Source of the DNA: Spirochaetia bacterium
Lineage (GTDB): Bacteria; Spirochaetota; Spirochaetia; SZUA-6; Bin103
Reading direction: 5' to 3'
Assembly (NCBI GenBank): GCA_965243555.1
Contig: OZ251575.1
Span: forward strand, 864,463 to 928,462
Length of the DNA: 64,000 nucleotides
Below the pieces are notes generated by a model that had not been told where the DNA came from, did no database searches, and saw nothing but the letters and a program-made list of their open reading frames with translations. The position numbers were made by a program, and so were the translations under genes. Shown in pieces: positions 9,976 through 18,464 of the stretch (position 1 is the first letter of the stretch; each line of letters opens with the position of its first letter).

Positions 9976-10896
9976 TTACAAGGCGGCAAGCTGCCGCTCG
10001 CGAATGTCCGCAAACGTGTCGCCCGGCCGCGAAATATCGTCGGAGACGGGCGAACCGCCCCCCCCCGCCGGCAGGAGCGTCGGGCTCCCACCCGGCCGAT
10101 CCGCGACGTTGGGGGAGCCCGCCGCCGCGCTCGACGCCTGCCCCTCGCCATACGCATGCAGCTTCGCCGCGAGTGTAATGACCTCACGCTCCAGGTCAGG
10201 CGCCTCAGCTATCGCACGTAGCGTAGACCGCAGCTCCTGCTCGTTCACGCCGTGCGGGAACGAGCGCTGATCGGCGAGCACCTCCGCAATCAGCCGGTTC
10301 TCCTTCTCGACCGCCTGCCGGGCGCGATAGTCCTCCAGCACCGGCGCAAACTCGCGCATCACCTCCTGCTTCATCGCCTCACGGGCCGCCTGGTCCCGTT
10401 CCGCCACCGCAGACCCAGACGGCGACTGGCCAAGGATCTGGTTGACGTACTGCGCCACGTCGGGCCGCTCCCGCAGCAGCCTGTCCAACTGCTCATACCG
10501 TCCCCGCGACCCAGCCCAGCTTTGCGTCTCCTGCTGATGCTGCCGGACCGCAGCCTCATGCGCGCGCCGCGACTCCTGGAGCCTGGTCATCTGCGACGAG
10601 TAGTCGGCCATCGTCAGCCGCTCGCGCCGGCCGGTCTCAGTCTCCCGGTCAAGGTGCTCCTTCAGCGCCGCAGCGTCCGCAAACGACTGCCCGCCGTAGG
10701 AAAACCACGGCTCGGCGCCCGCGCCACCACCGGCGCCCGCGCCACCACCGGCGCCCGCGCCACCACCGGCGCCCGCGCCACCACCGGCGCCCGCGCCACC
10801 ACCGGCGCCCGCGCCACCACCGGCGCCCGCGCCATCGCCGGCGCCCGCGCCATCACCGGCGCCCGCGCCGCCGGTGCTCTCAGCCCCATCCCACAC
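9976..10896 (-). CDS. Putative scaffolding protein with an N-terminal (GAGAGG)n repeat.
   Basis: 306-aa protein: a Gly-Ala repeat followed by a coiled-coil-like Glu/Arg/Gln-rich body. It lies between the portal and capsid genes. Confidence 0.5.
   Translation of the reverse strand: MWDGAESTGGAGAGDGAGAGDGAGAGGGAGAGGGAGAGGGAGAGGGAGAGGGAGAGGGAGAEPWFSYGGQSFADAAALKEHLDRETETGRRERLTMADYSSQMTRLQESRRAHEAAVRQHQQETQSWAGSRGRYEQLDRLLRERPDVAQYVNQILGQSPSGSAVAERDQAAREAMKQEVMREFAPVLEDYRARQAVEKENRLIAEVLADQRSFPHGVNEQELRSTLRAIAEAPDLEREVITLAAKLHAYGEGQASSAAAGSPNVADRPGGSPTLLPAGGGGSPVSDDISRPGDTFADIRERQLAAL
10714..10875. repeat. Tandem 18-bp repeat (GGCGCCCGCGCCACCACC, ~9 copies, the last two variant) inside the scaffold gene.
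   Basis: Read directly from the sequence. It encodes the GAGAGG repeat. Confidence 0.85.
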
Positions 10897-10907
10897 GTCG
10901 TACCTCC

Positions 10908-11204
10908 TCAGCCATCGAACCTGCGTAGCAGTCCGTCCAGACCGCCGCCCGCCGGCCCTGCGCCCGCGCTCGACCGGCCCGCCCGGCCAAGCGCTCGCTC
11001 AGCCACGGCCCCCGCTCCGGGGCGCAGGTTCGCGCCATTGGCAATGTTCGCCATTTTGTCCATCGGGCTCGCGTTACCCAACTGCGTCCGCGTGAACTTG
11101 TGCAGCTCCTCCAACAGCGGTCGGTTCACGTCGATGCCCATCGTCTCCAACATCCACTCCGCGACCGTCGTCGCCTCGGTCACAGTGGCGGCGGTGCGGC
11201 CCAT
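10908..11204 (-). CDS. Small hypothetical protein (~98 aa) between the portal and scaffold genes.
   Basis: The track ORF 10908..11372 overlaps the portal 3' end. I trimmed it to the internal Met at 11204. Weakly supported. Confidence 0.3.
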   Translation of the reverse strand: MGRTAATVTEATTVAEWMLETMGIDVNRPLLEELHKFTRTQLGNASPMDKMANIANGANLRPGAGAVAERALGRAGRSSAGAGPAGGGLDGLLRRFDG

Positions 11205-11283
11205 TAGCACCTGCCCATCCAATGGGTTGAGCAGGCTGCGATTCGACTCCACCACGTCCGCCGGCGGCGCAGCGGCCGCGGCG

Positions 11284-13131
11284 CTAGGCGGCTGGGAGCG
11301 CCGGTGGTTCGATGCCGGTTTCGGTCCCGAAGGTGGCAGCATCTTGGCCTCCTGGAAGTGCAGCAGCAGCACCCTGCGCCTGCACCAAGTTCATCTGCAT
11401 GCGTTGGATCGTTTCCCGCCAACCCGGCCAGTTCAGGTGCCGCAACGTATCCTCGGCGTCAATAATTCCCATCTGGGCGAGCCTTAGCGCAAGATTCGCC
11501 CTGCTCTGAAGGTCGGTAGGCAGGCTGGATTGGGACTGCACCAATATCTGGAACCGCATGGAAACGCGGTCGGCACCCACCGGCAGCGCCCGCATAAGCC
11601 GATCGAGCGCCGCATCACGAGCACGTTCCCGGTCGGTCTCACCATGCAGGCTCGGCTCCTCCTCACCCTCCTCCTCCTGCGCATCAAATTCCTCGTCAAC
11701 ATAGCGCGAGATAATGCGCCGCGCATCGTCGAGGCGATTGGAGATGGTGCCGTACGTCACCCCGCCGTCGCTATCCTCGTTGGAAAAATACCTGGACTCG
11801 CGGTAGAATTCCATCATCACAGACAAGATCCGATGGAGAACCCGCTTGACGGACAACTCCAGCATCCGCACCCGAAGACGGGTACGAGTGTGCCCAGCTT
11901 CATAAAGCCCAGAAAACTCTTGAGCGGTCTGCCGCTCCCGCTTTGCAGACTGACCACGAATTATATCCGTGACCGAAGTCAAATCCTCGAGAACCGTCTC
12001 AAGAAATTGGATGTACTGGAACTCGGCCTGCAGCGGTGGGCTCGTAGGTACGGGCTCAATGCCAGTGTACCGTAGGTCGTCGCCGCCTTGATTTTTCTTT
12101 ACCCAAAACTGGCCGCCGCGGTGGAAGTCAGACTTCACCTTTTCGGCGTCCACCACCGTCGAATCGATAACATAATTGTTCCTGCAGGTGTTCCGCACCT
12201 TGCCGGCGACGGACTGGAGCACCTCATTGAGCTCGTCGACCAACGGCATTAGGTGCCGGCCTTCTCCCACCCCCCAGATCTCGTGCGACAAGCGATAGTC
12301 GTAGACCAAAACGAACGGAGGCTTGCCATGCCCAAATGGGCTCGGGTAGTCCGCGAGCAAGACCGGCTTGCCCTCCCGCCCCGACCGCGTGAAGGTCACG
12401 AAGCGCCCGTTCGGGTATTTCAGCCGCCGCCTCTTCGGTGCCTCGTCACCATCCTCACCCTTCAGATCATCTTCAACGGTGTCGTCACGAAGCCACAACT
12501 CGTACACCGTCGCCCAGGCGTTGGTGGCCGAGAACGAATCCAGGCTACCCGAGCTACGATCCAAATCCCCGTCATCGTCGTCGGGATCCGGCACGATGTC
12601 CCCAGCCGCCGCCGGATAGCGCCGGCGCAGGTCACCGAGCGTGTGTTTACGCCGCTTGCACACCCAGGCGCATTCATCCAGGTCAGAGTGCCGCCCGCGC
12701 TGAAAAACCAAGTGCATCGGATTTACCACTCCGACTCGCACCTCTTCCTCAGTTTCGTCGTAGTCGATCTGGAGGCACCCCTGCTCCATCAGAAGAGCAT
12801 CCTGGTAGGCGGCCTGAAGCTTGCTACCCATGTCCAGCTCCTCCCAGAGAAACTCCAACGCCCTATTCCACTCCTCGACGATTGGCTGGACCGCCGGGTT
12901 ACGGGCCACCACCGACCAGATCGGCCTGCTGTCTGTCATTAGCGGCGCGAGCTGACTGACCGTAGCGAACAGCTTTCCACAATCGACACGCGAGAGGTGG
13001 TCAGGGGTATCTTCGCCCCACACCTCACCCTCGTACACCCGGCGGTAGCGCTTCCACCGCTCCCGGCGTGTACTATCCTCCTTGTATCGTGCCTCGATGG
13101 TATCCACTGCCCGCGCCAAGTTGATGTCCAC
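11284..13131 (-). CDS. Putative portal protein (615 aa).
   Basis: Large acidic protein. It is the first big gene of the structural operon, diverging from the terminase and lying upstream of the scaffold and capsid genes. The call rests on position and size. Confidence 0.5.
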   Translation of the reverse strand: MDINLARAVDTIEARYKEDSTRRERWKRYRRVYEGEVWGEDTPDHLSRVDCGKLFATVSQLAPLMTDSRPIWSVVARNPAVQPIVEEWNRALEFLWEELDMGSKLQAAYQDALLMEQGCLQIDYDETEEEVRVGVVNPMHLVFQRGRHSDLDECAWVCKRRKHTLGDLRRRYPAAAGDIVPDPDDDDGDLDRSSGSLDSFSATNAWATVYELWLRDDTVEDDLKGEDGDEAPKRRRLKYPNGRFVTFTRSGREGKPVLLADYPSPFGHGKPPFVLVYDYRLSHEIWGVGEGRHLMPLVDELNEVLQSVAGKVRNTCRNNYVIDSTVVDAEKVKSDFHRGGQFWVKKNQGGDDLRYTGIEPVPTSPPLQAEFQYIQFLETVLEDLTSVTDIIRGQSAKRERQTAQEFSGLYEAGHTRTRLRVRMLELSVKRVLHRILSVMMEFYRESRYFSNEDSDGGVTYGTISNRLDDARRIISRYVDEEFDAQEEEGEEEPSLHGETDRERARDAALDRLMRALPVGADRVSMRFQILVQSQSSLPTDLQSRANLALRLAQMGIIDAEDTLRHLNWPGWRETIQRMQMNLVQAQGAAAALPGGQDAATFGTETGIEPPALPAA

Positions 13132-13132
13132 C

Positions 13133-13402
13133 CTAGACCCTCGGCTCCCGCAGAATTAGCCCCTCGCGGTCAAGATAGGTGTCCCGCTCGCGCTGGTTAC
13201 CGAAGTACCGCCCCAGCCCCCCGTCGAAGCCGGCGCGGAAGCGCACCTTGTGGCGCACCGGCGAGAACACCCGCTCCGCCACCCCGCCACAGGAGCCGCA
13301 CTTCCGCCTCAGCAGCTCACCGTCCGTCATGGACACCACGACTTCAGCCACGACCCCACACCTCCCACAACGAAAGTCGTAGCGCACATCCCCATGATAC
13401 AA
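13133..13402 (-). CDS. FmdB-family zinc-ribbon protein (89 aa).
   Basis: Two CxxC pairs (CGRCG ... CGSCGG), typical of FmdB/zinc-ribbon regulatory proteins. Its stop is 2 nt before the portal start. Confidence 0.55.
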   Translation of the reverse strand: MYHGDVRYDFRCGRCGVVAEVVVSMTDGELLRRKCGSCGGVAERVFSPVRHKVRFRAGFDGGLGRYFGNQRERDTYLDREGLILREPRV

Positions 13403-13534
13403 GTGATACAGTCTTCGTCAAAAGCCCAAATAAAGGTACGTACACAGGAATGCCCTGCAGAGCCGCTCAGGCGATAGCGCGCCGCCGCGGCCGGCGGTGC
13501 GCCGTACGTACCAATCGAGGAGTTATCATAGGCC
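13403..13534. promoter_or_regulatory. Divergent intergenic region between the zinc-ribbon/portal operon (minus) and the terminase gene (plus).
   Basis: An AT-richer 132-bp stretch with a direct repeat TGATACA x2. GAGGAG lies 12 nt before the terminase ATG. Confidence 0.3.
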
Positions 13535-15289
13535 ATGCCGCCACAGACGACGTACCTACCGGGCTTGGAGCCAGCCAACAGCACATCGGACGCGGCTCCG
13601 CCCCTGGCCATCTTACGGCCGGGGCTGCTCAGCACAGAGCAGGTGCTCGCGAAGTACCGAGACCTTCGCGGGGGCGCCCAGAGCACACGCGAGACTAAGC
13701 GCCAGCTCGTCCGCTGGCGCGCGACGCACGATCTCTTTTGGTTCGGTGACACCTTCCTCGGCTTGGGCGAATTCGTCGACCCGGTCAACAAGCGGCAGCG
13801 CGTCGATCCGATCCTGCACGGCGACCTGTGCAAGCAGTTGGCCGCGCGTACCTCCATCCTGATCCTCCTCCCGCGCGACCACGGTAAGTCGACCTGGGTC
13901 ACCGTCACGGTCGCCCAAGACCTGTTGGCGAACCCCGACTACGTTCGCACGCTAATAATTTCCGCCAGCGTGACCCTGGCCCGAGCGAGGCTACGCTATT
14001 TGGCCGACCTGCTCACCAGGCCCGCAGTGTTGTACTACTTCGCCGATATCATTCCGGAGCCTGGACGCGGATTCACAAATTGGGACGTTAAAAACGCCTA
14101 CGACCTGACCGTGCGCAAGAGCCCGAACCGCCTCGAGGCGCAGCACCAGGTGATGGTCTGCGGGTACGAAGCGCTGATTACCGGCCACCATTTCGATCAC
14201 ATAATCTGTGATGACGTGGTCGACGAAAAAACCGCCCGGAGCGAAACGAAGCGGCAGCTCGCAGCGGAACGCTTGACAGGCCTCAACGCGCTCAAGGAGC
14301 CCACCGGACGCTTCACGGTGATCGGCACACGATACCATGAGGACGACGTGTATAGCCGCTTGCTCAACTCCACGCTCCTGGAAACACACGTGGTACGGCA
14401 AGCCACCGAGCGCCCCCCGGAGGTCGCTACGGAGCCGGTACCGGACGGTGTCACGGCCGGAGCCCTCGAAGACCCTTGGAGCGCACCGATCTACGCGTTC
14501 TATGACAAGGAAATGCTCAACCTGGCCAAGGAGGCGGCATACGACTTGACGGGCCGCCACGAGTGGTTCTACACGCAGTACTACAACCAAGCGCGCGCAC
14601 CCAGCGAGGCGGTGTTCCCCGACCCGCAGAAGCACACATACGAGGACATACCGGTCAACGTGCTCACGACGTGCGAAGTGTTTATAGCGCTCGACACGGC
14701 CAACACCCAAAACGTCACGTCCGACCTCAACGCCATCGCCGTCGGCTACCGCGAGCCACAAGGGACCGTGTTCATCGAGGACACCGAGGCGCTAAAGGGC
14801 ACCTGGGAGGACGCCGCACGAGCGCTCGTGGGAATGATGCTGAAGCATCCGCCAAGAGGAGTCGCAGTAGAAACGACCTTCGCCGACAACTGGCTGGCGA
14901 TGTTCCGCCGCGTGCTGTCCGACATACTGCGCGACCTCGACTATGACCCGCCGCGCCTCCCGACACCCGAAATAGTGTTGCCGCGGCGTGGGCAGAACAA
15001 GGAGGAACGCATCGACCTCCTATTCGGTTCCGCATTCAGGACCGGCACCGTAGTGGTGCAGCGCGATCAGACCGAGCTGCTCGCCCAGATGGCCAGCTTT
15101 CCGAAGGGGCGCCACGACGACCTCGTGGATGCCACGGCGACCGTCTGCGCCCTCGCCGAGCCGTCCCAGCGCTACGTAACGTACTACGAACGCCCGAAAC
15201 CGCCGCCTAACCGCTTCGAGATGTTCCTGCACCGCAATCGCAAGTCCGGCTACCGGTACGGCGAAAACCTAGCCGGCTACCTGGCTTGA
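13535..15289 (+). CDS. terL: Terminase large subunit (584 aa).
   Basis: Walker A-like LLPRDHGKST, a DExx motif (IICDDVVDE), and a C-terminal nuclease-like region, matching the standard TerL architecture. Confidence 0.7.
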   Translation: MPPQTTYLPGLEPANSTSDAAPPLAILRPGLLSTEQVLAKYRDLRGGAQSTRETKRQLVRWRATHDLFWFGDTFLGLGEFVDPVNKRQRVDPILHGDLCKQLAARTSILILLPRDHGKSTWVTVTVAQDLLANPDYVRTLIISASVTLARARLRYLADLLTRPAVLYYFADIIPEPGRGFTNWDVKNAYDLTVRKSPNRLEAQHQVMVCGYEALITGHHFDHIICDDVVDEKTARSETKRQLAAERLTGLNALKEPTGRFTVIGTRYHEDDVYSRLLNSTLLETHVVRQATERPPEVATEPVPDGVTAGALEDPWSAPIYAFYDKEMLNLAKEAAYDLTGRHEWFYTQYYNQARAPSEAVFPDPQKHTYEDIPVNVLTTCEVFIALDTANTQNVTSDLNAIAVGYREPQGTVFIEDTEALKGTWEDAARALVGMMLKHPPRGVAVETTFADNWLAMFRRVLSDILRDLDYDPPRLPTPEIVLPRRGQNKEERIDLLFGSAFRTGTVVVQRDQTELLAQMASFPKGRHDDLVDATATVCALAEPSQRYVTYYERPKPPPNRFEMFLHRNRKSGYRYGENLAGYLA

Positions 15290-15443
15290 CCGGAGGGCCG
15301 ACGCCCCCTTACCATCGTCGCAGCTTGCGGCTGGCGCAAGCGCAACAGGCGCTGTCGTTAGGCCGGTCGCGCCGCCCGCCGGGATTGAGCCCCCGGCGCG
15401 CGGCATCCAAAAAATTTGGGCGCGTATACTCGCGGATGCTCTC

Positions 15444-15460
15444 CTTACTGTGAAGACACC
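15444..15460 (+). repeat. 17-bp perfect direct repeat CTTACTGTGAAGACACC, copy 1, upstream of the recombinase gene.
   Basis: Exact match to 16896..16912, read directly from the sequence. A 17-mer coincidence is negligible at 64 kb. Confidence 0.8.
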
Positions 15461-15800
15461 CCTACCCCCCCTCCCCCCGGTCGAACCCCCCCGGCACCCG
15501 TAGACGGGCGCACGCTCACCTACTCCACGCGTCCGCGGGCAAGTTGCACACGGATTGCCCGCGCGGCCCGCCGCGCGCCGAGTGAACGAACAGCGGTGGC
15601 TATTCAGCTCCTGCCGGTGCGCGCTGGGGGGGCGCCCTCCGGGGCGACAGCTCGTAGCCGGACCGCACCCCCCGCGCACGGGCGGCCCGGCCCGGCGCGC
15701 TCCCATCCGCACGCCCCTGCATGGTGGCCCGGGCGCGCCGTCATAGCGCCGCGCCGGGTCGCTGCCGGGCGCAAAACCACCCGTTTCGCTTGACCTGTGT

Positions 15801-15830
15801 TATCGCCTATGATTACACTTATAGGCGATG
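15801..15830. promoter_or_regulatory. Inverted repeat TATCGCCTAT-N10-ATAGGCGATg overlapping the recombinase start codon and putative promoter (TTGACC at 15790).
   Basis: The arms match 9/10 bp. A -35-like TTGACC lies 5 bp upstream. Candidate operator or recombinase-binding site. Confidence 0.45.
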
Positions 15831-16817
15831 ATAGACATGCAGCCGGCGGGCCAGCCGCTCGCCGATACCCTGGGCACCGAGCTTGCCGCCAAGGACGTGC
15901 TGCGCATCGAGCAGGCCCTGGATGCAGCGCGCAGCAAGAACACCCGGCGCCAGTACAAGTCAGCTTGGGCGACCTTCGCTTCCTGGGCCAACCTCAACGG
16001 CCACAAGGCGTTGCCGGCGGAAGCGCAAGTCATCGCGGCCTACTTGACCGAGATGGAGAGCAACAGGAAGTCGGCCAGCACCATCGAAGGCGCGCGCGCA
16101 GCCATCGGCGCAGCCCACCGTGACGCAGGGCTCGTTGATCCTACGCAGCATGAAGGCGTCCGCCGGGTGTTGCGCGGCGTCAAGCGCCAAGCGCGCGGTC
16201 GCGGTCGCGGTCAGGCGCAGGGACTCACTGCCGAAGACATAGCGGCTATGCTCGCGACCGCCGACATCCCGCGCCAAACAGGACGCGGCATCGAGTCGAC
16301 CGATCAGGCATCGGCGCGCGGCGCCATCGACAAGGCGATCTGCGGCCTACTCTTCCACGGCGGCCTCCGCCGAAGCGAAGCGGCAGCCCTCACGTGGGGA
16401 GACGTGCTCATTAACGACACCGGCGTGCTGGTCACCGTTCGCACATCGAAGACGAACCAGAAAGGCGACCGCCACGACGTGCGCTTCCTCAAGAACGGGT
16501 GCGCCGCGGCCATGCGTAGCCTGCGCAACCGCCGCGAGTGCGACCTACAGGGCCAACCGGAGGCCGGGGACCTCGTCCTCGGCGGTCTCAACGGTGCCAG
16601 CATCGCAAGGCGCCTCGCCGCCGCCGCGCGCGCCGCGGGGATCGACGGCCGCATCACCGGCCACTCCGGGCGCGTCGGCCTCGCCACCGAGCTCACGCAG
16701 CGCGGCGCCAGCACGACCGAGACGATGCTCGCCGGCGGTTGGACCACGGCGCGGATGGTCGCGCACTACAGCGCGGGCGCGGTCGCCGAGAGGGGCGCGG
16801 TCGCAAAGTATCTCTGA
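15828..16817 (+). CDS. Cre-like tyrosine site-specific recombinase/integrase (329 aa).
   Basis: The C-terminus GHSGRVGLATEL...AGGWTTARMVAHY parallels Cre SGHSARVGAARDM...AGGWTNVNIVMNY (catalytic His, Arg, Trp, Tyr). The N-terminal domain parallels Cre (LPAEAQVIAAYL vs FPAEPEDVRDYL). An alternative start is the ATG at 15837. Confidence 0.8.
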   Translation: MIDMQPAGQPLADTLGTELAAKDVLRIEQALDAARSKNTRRQYKSAWATFASWANLNGHKALPAEAQVIAAYLTEMESNRKSASTIEGARAAIGAAHRDAGLVDPTQHEGVRRVLRGVKRQARGRGRGQAQGLTAEDIAAMLATADIPRQTGRGIESTDQASARGAIDKAICGLLFHGGLRRSEAAALTWGDVLINDTGVLVTVRTSKTNQKGDRHDVRFLKNGCAAAMRSLRNRRECDLQGQPEAGDLVLGGLNGASIARRLAAAARAAGIDGRITGHSGRVGLATELTQRGASTTETMLAGGWTTARMVAHYSAGAVAERGAVAKYL

Positions 16818-16895
16818 ACGAGCGGCGATGGCCATTCAGTCGGCGGCTCCGAGCGCCGCGCGTCCCCCGAAACCTGCCCCGCGCCGGCCGCGCCT

Positions 16896-16912
16896 CTTAC
16901 TGTGAAGACACC
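16896..16912 (+). repeat. 17-bp perfect direct repeat CTTACTGTGAAGACACC, copy 2, 79 bp downstream of the recombinase stop.
   Basis: Exact match to 15444..15460. Confidence 0.8.
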
Positions 16913-16955
16913 TTCCGCGCAAACTCGCAAGTTCTTATTGCGTATACCGTAAGCA

Positions 16956-17426
16956 TTGCATAGCTACGCCGAATCGCAGGCCAAGGAACAGGCCCGGCAC
17001 CTCTGGAAACACCTCGTCGCAATGTTGCGCGCGCACACGCCCACGCACGTAGTCGCCACGCACCTTGAGATCGGCCGGAACAAGATCGAGCAGGTCCAGT
17101 GCGGGTCACTCCGCGCCTACTGGCTCGGCTCCTGGCTGCTGGGCATCCCACCGAGCGAACTATGCCGCGGCGGATGGTACGCACCACGCGGCGTCGACCA
17201 CACACCACCCCCAACGAACGTTGAAACCGCTGCGCTGTGGGAGAGCGCAACCGCGAAGCGGAAAGCACAGATCAGAGCCCAACACCCCGTTCGACTCCGA
17301 CTGACCTACACGCACCGCACCACCCGCCCAAGCTTGATCCGCGTGTGCCGCGTCGGCCCGGCTCTCTGGGGCACCGTCGCCGCCGCCTTTCAAGCCCTCG
17401 AACACGAGCGCCGACAACAACATTGA
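16956..17426 (+). CDS. Hypothetical protein (156 aa).
   Basis: Plus-strand ORF of plausible composition downstream of the recombinase. No recognisable domain. Confidence 0.3.
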   Translation: MHSYAESQAKEQARHLWKHLVAMLRAHTPTHVVATHLEIGRNKIEQVQCGSLRAYWLGSWLLGIPPSELCRGGWYAPRGVDHTPPPTNVETAALWESATAKRKAQIRAQHPVRLRLTYTHRTTRPSLIRVCRVGPALWGTVAAAFQALEHERRQQH

Positions 17427-17486
17427 ATCCGGCGACGGACGCCGGGCGGCCCCATTCGGGGGCGCCCACCAGGCGTCCCGTCCCTT

Positions 17487-17514
17487 GTCCCAATCTCTTT
17501 TGGGAGATTGGGAC
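17487..17514. repeat. Perfect 11-bp-stem hairpin (GTCCCAATCTC-ttttgg-GAGATTGGGAC), followed by TGGGAC direct repeats.
   Basis: Read directly from the sequence. There is no U-tract on either strand. It lies between the 156-aa ORF and the abiEii 3' end. Confidence 0.5.
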
Positions 17515-17660
17515 ACTGGGACATTGGGGAGTTGCAGCTAAGTAGTAGACAGACTATACATTATCGGTAGTCGTGTACGCTGCCGCGGGCGGGCCGTGTG
17601 CGCCGTAACGAGAGCTCCGGCTACCGAATAAACCCGCCCGCCCGCCCGCTGCGCGGGTCC

Positions 17661-18464
17661 TCAGCCGGCAGCGAGCACCGCTACGAGGTTGGAGCGCTGC
17701 AGCAGGTCGGCGTCGGCGGAGCGCTCCAGGAAAGGACGGACGTCGCCGATGAGCTGACCGACGTCAAGCCCCGCGAGTTGTGCGCGAAGGATCGACCGCC
17801 ACTCCCGCGCCCGGTAGCGGCCGACGCCTTCGGTCTGATCCAGGGCGCTCTGCAGCAACGGCAGATTCGGCTCCACCGGCGGGCGCCGCGTTCGGTACCA
17901 CACCAGATCGTACCAATCCCGGCCCTTCCGGTAGCGGCGGGTCAGGAGCGCGTGCAACTTCCCGGCCATCAGCGACGGCAGATCGTAGTGCGCCACCACG
18001 AAGGTCACGCCGCGTGTTACGATCGTGCGTTCGATGTGCGCCCCGGCGGGCGGGCGGGTGTCGATCTCGATCTTGATGGCGAGTTTCTGTTGCGGATGAC
18101 CGGACAGCCCTGTCTCGGCGAGCAGCGAGGAGGTCCGTACCCACGCTACCTGTACGGTCCGGCGGTCATTCCAGCGAACGGTACTGTCGAAACCGGCGAA
18201 GTGGAGGTCGCGCTTCAGCTTCTCCAACCAGACGCGCGGGTGGTATTCCGCCGCCGAGGTGCGACAGAAGTCGAGGTCCTCGGAGAAGCGCGGCAGATCC
18301 TCCAGCAGCCGGAGCGCGGTACCGCCCACAAACGCCACCGACCGTGACGCTTCGCTCTCGTGCAACGACCTCAGGGTGAAAACCTGGAGGTACTCGCGTA
18401 GCGCGTTGAGGCGTTGCGTGGGGTCGGTGTAGCGCTCGGCGGCGGCGAGCGCCTGCTCCTTCAC
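17661..18464 (-). CDS. abiEii: AbiEii/AbiGii-family nucleotidyltransferase toxin (type IV TA), ~267 aa.
   Basis: Family-typical motifs: FVGGTALRL, LPRFSEDLDF, and the C-terminal DWYDLVW. The GTG start at 18464 overlaps the TGA of abiEi (GTGA). Confidence 0.75.
   Translation of the reverse strand: MKEQALAAAERYTDPTQRLNALREYLQVFTLRSLHESEASRSVAFVGGTALRLLEDLPRFSEDLDFCRTSAAEYHPRVWLEKLKRDLHFAGFDSTVRWNDRRTVQVAWVRTSSLLAETGLSGHPQQKLAIKIEIDTRPPAGAHIERTIVTRGVTFVVAHYDLPSLMAGKLHALLTRRYRKGRDWYDLVWYRTRRPPVEPNLPLLQSALDQTEGVGRYRAREWRSILRAQLAGLDVGQLIGDVRPFLERSADADLLQRSNLVAVLAAG

Noticed and set aside
10720-10880. A possible CRISPR array suggested by the regular short repeats.
   Set aside because: The units are contiguous 18-mers with no spacers. 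They are in-frame within a CDS and encode a Gly-Ala tract.
15290-15830. Plus-strand ORFs 15416..15793 and 15555..15746, and minus-strand ORF 15269..15712, in the terminase-recombinase gap.
   Set aside because: Pro/Arg/Gly-rich with homopolymer-derived runs and no coherent domain. The region is more plausibly non-coding: att-like repeat, C-tracts, and promoter or palindrome.
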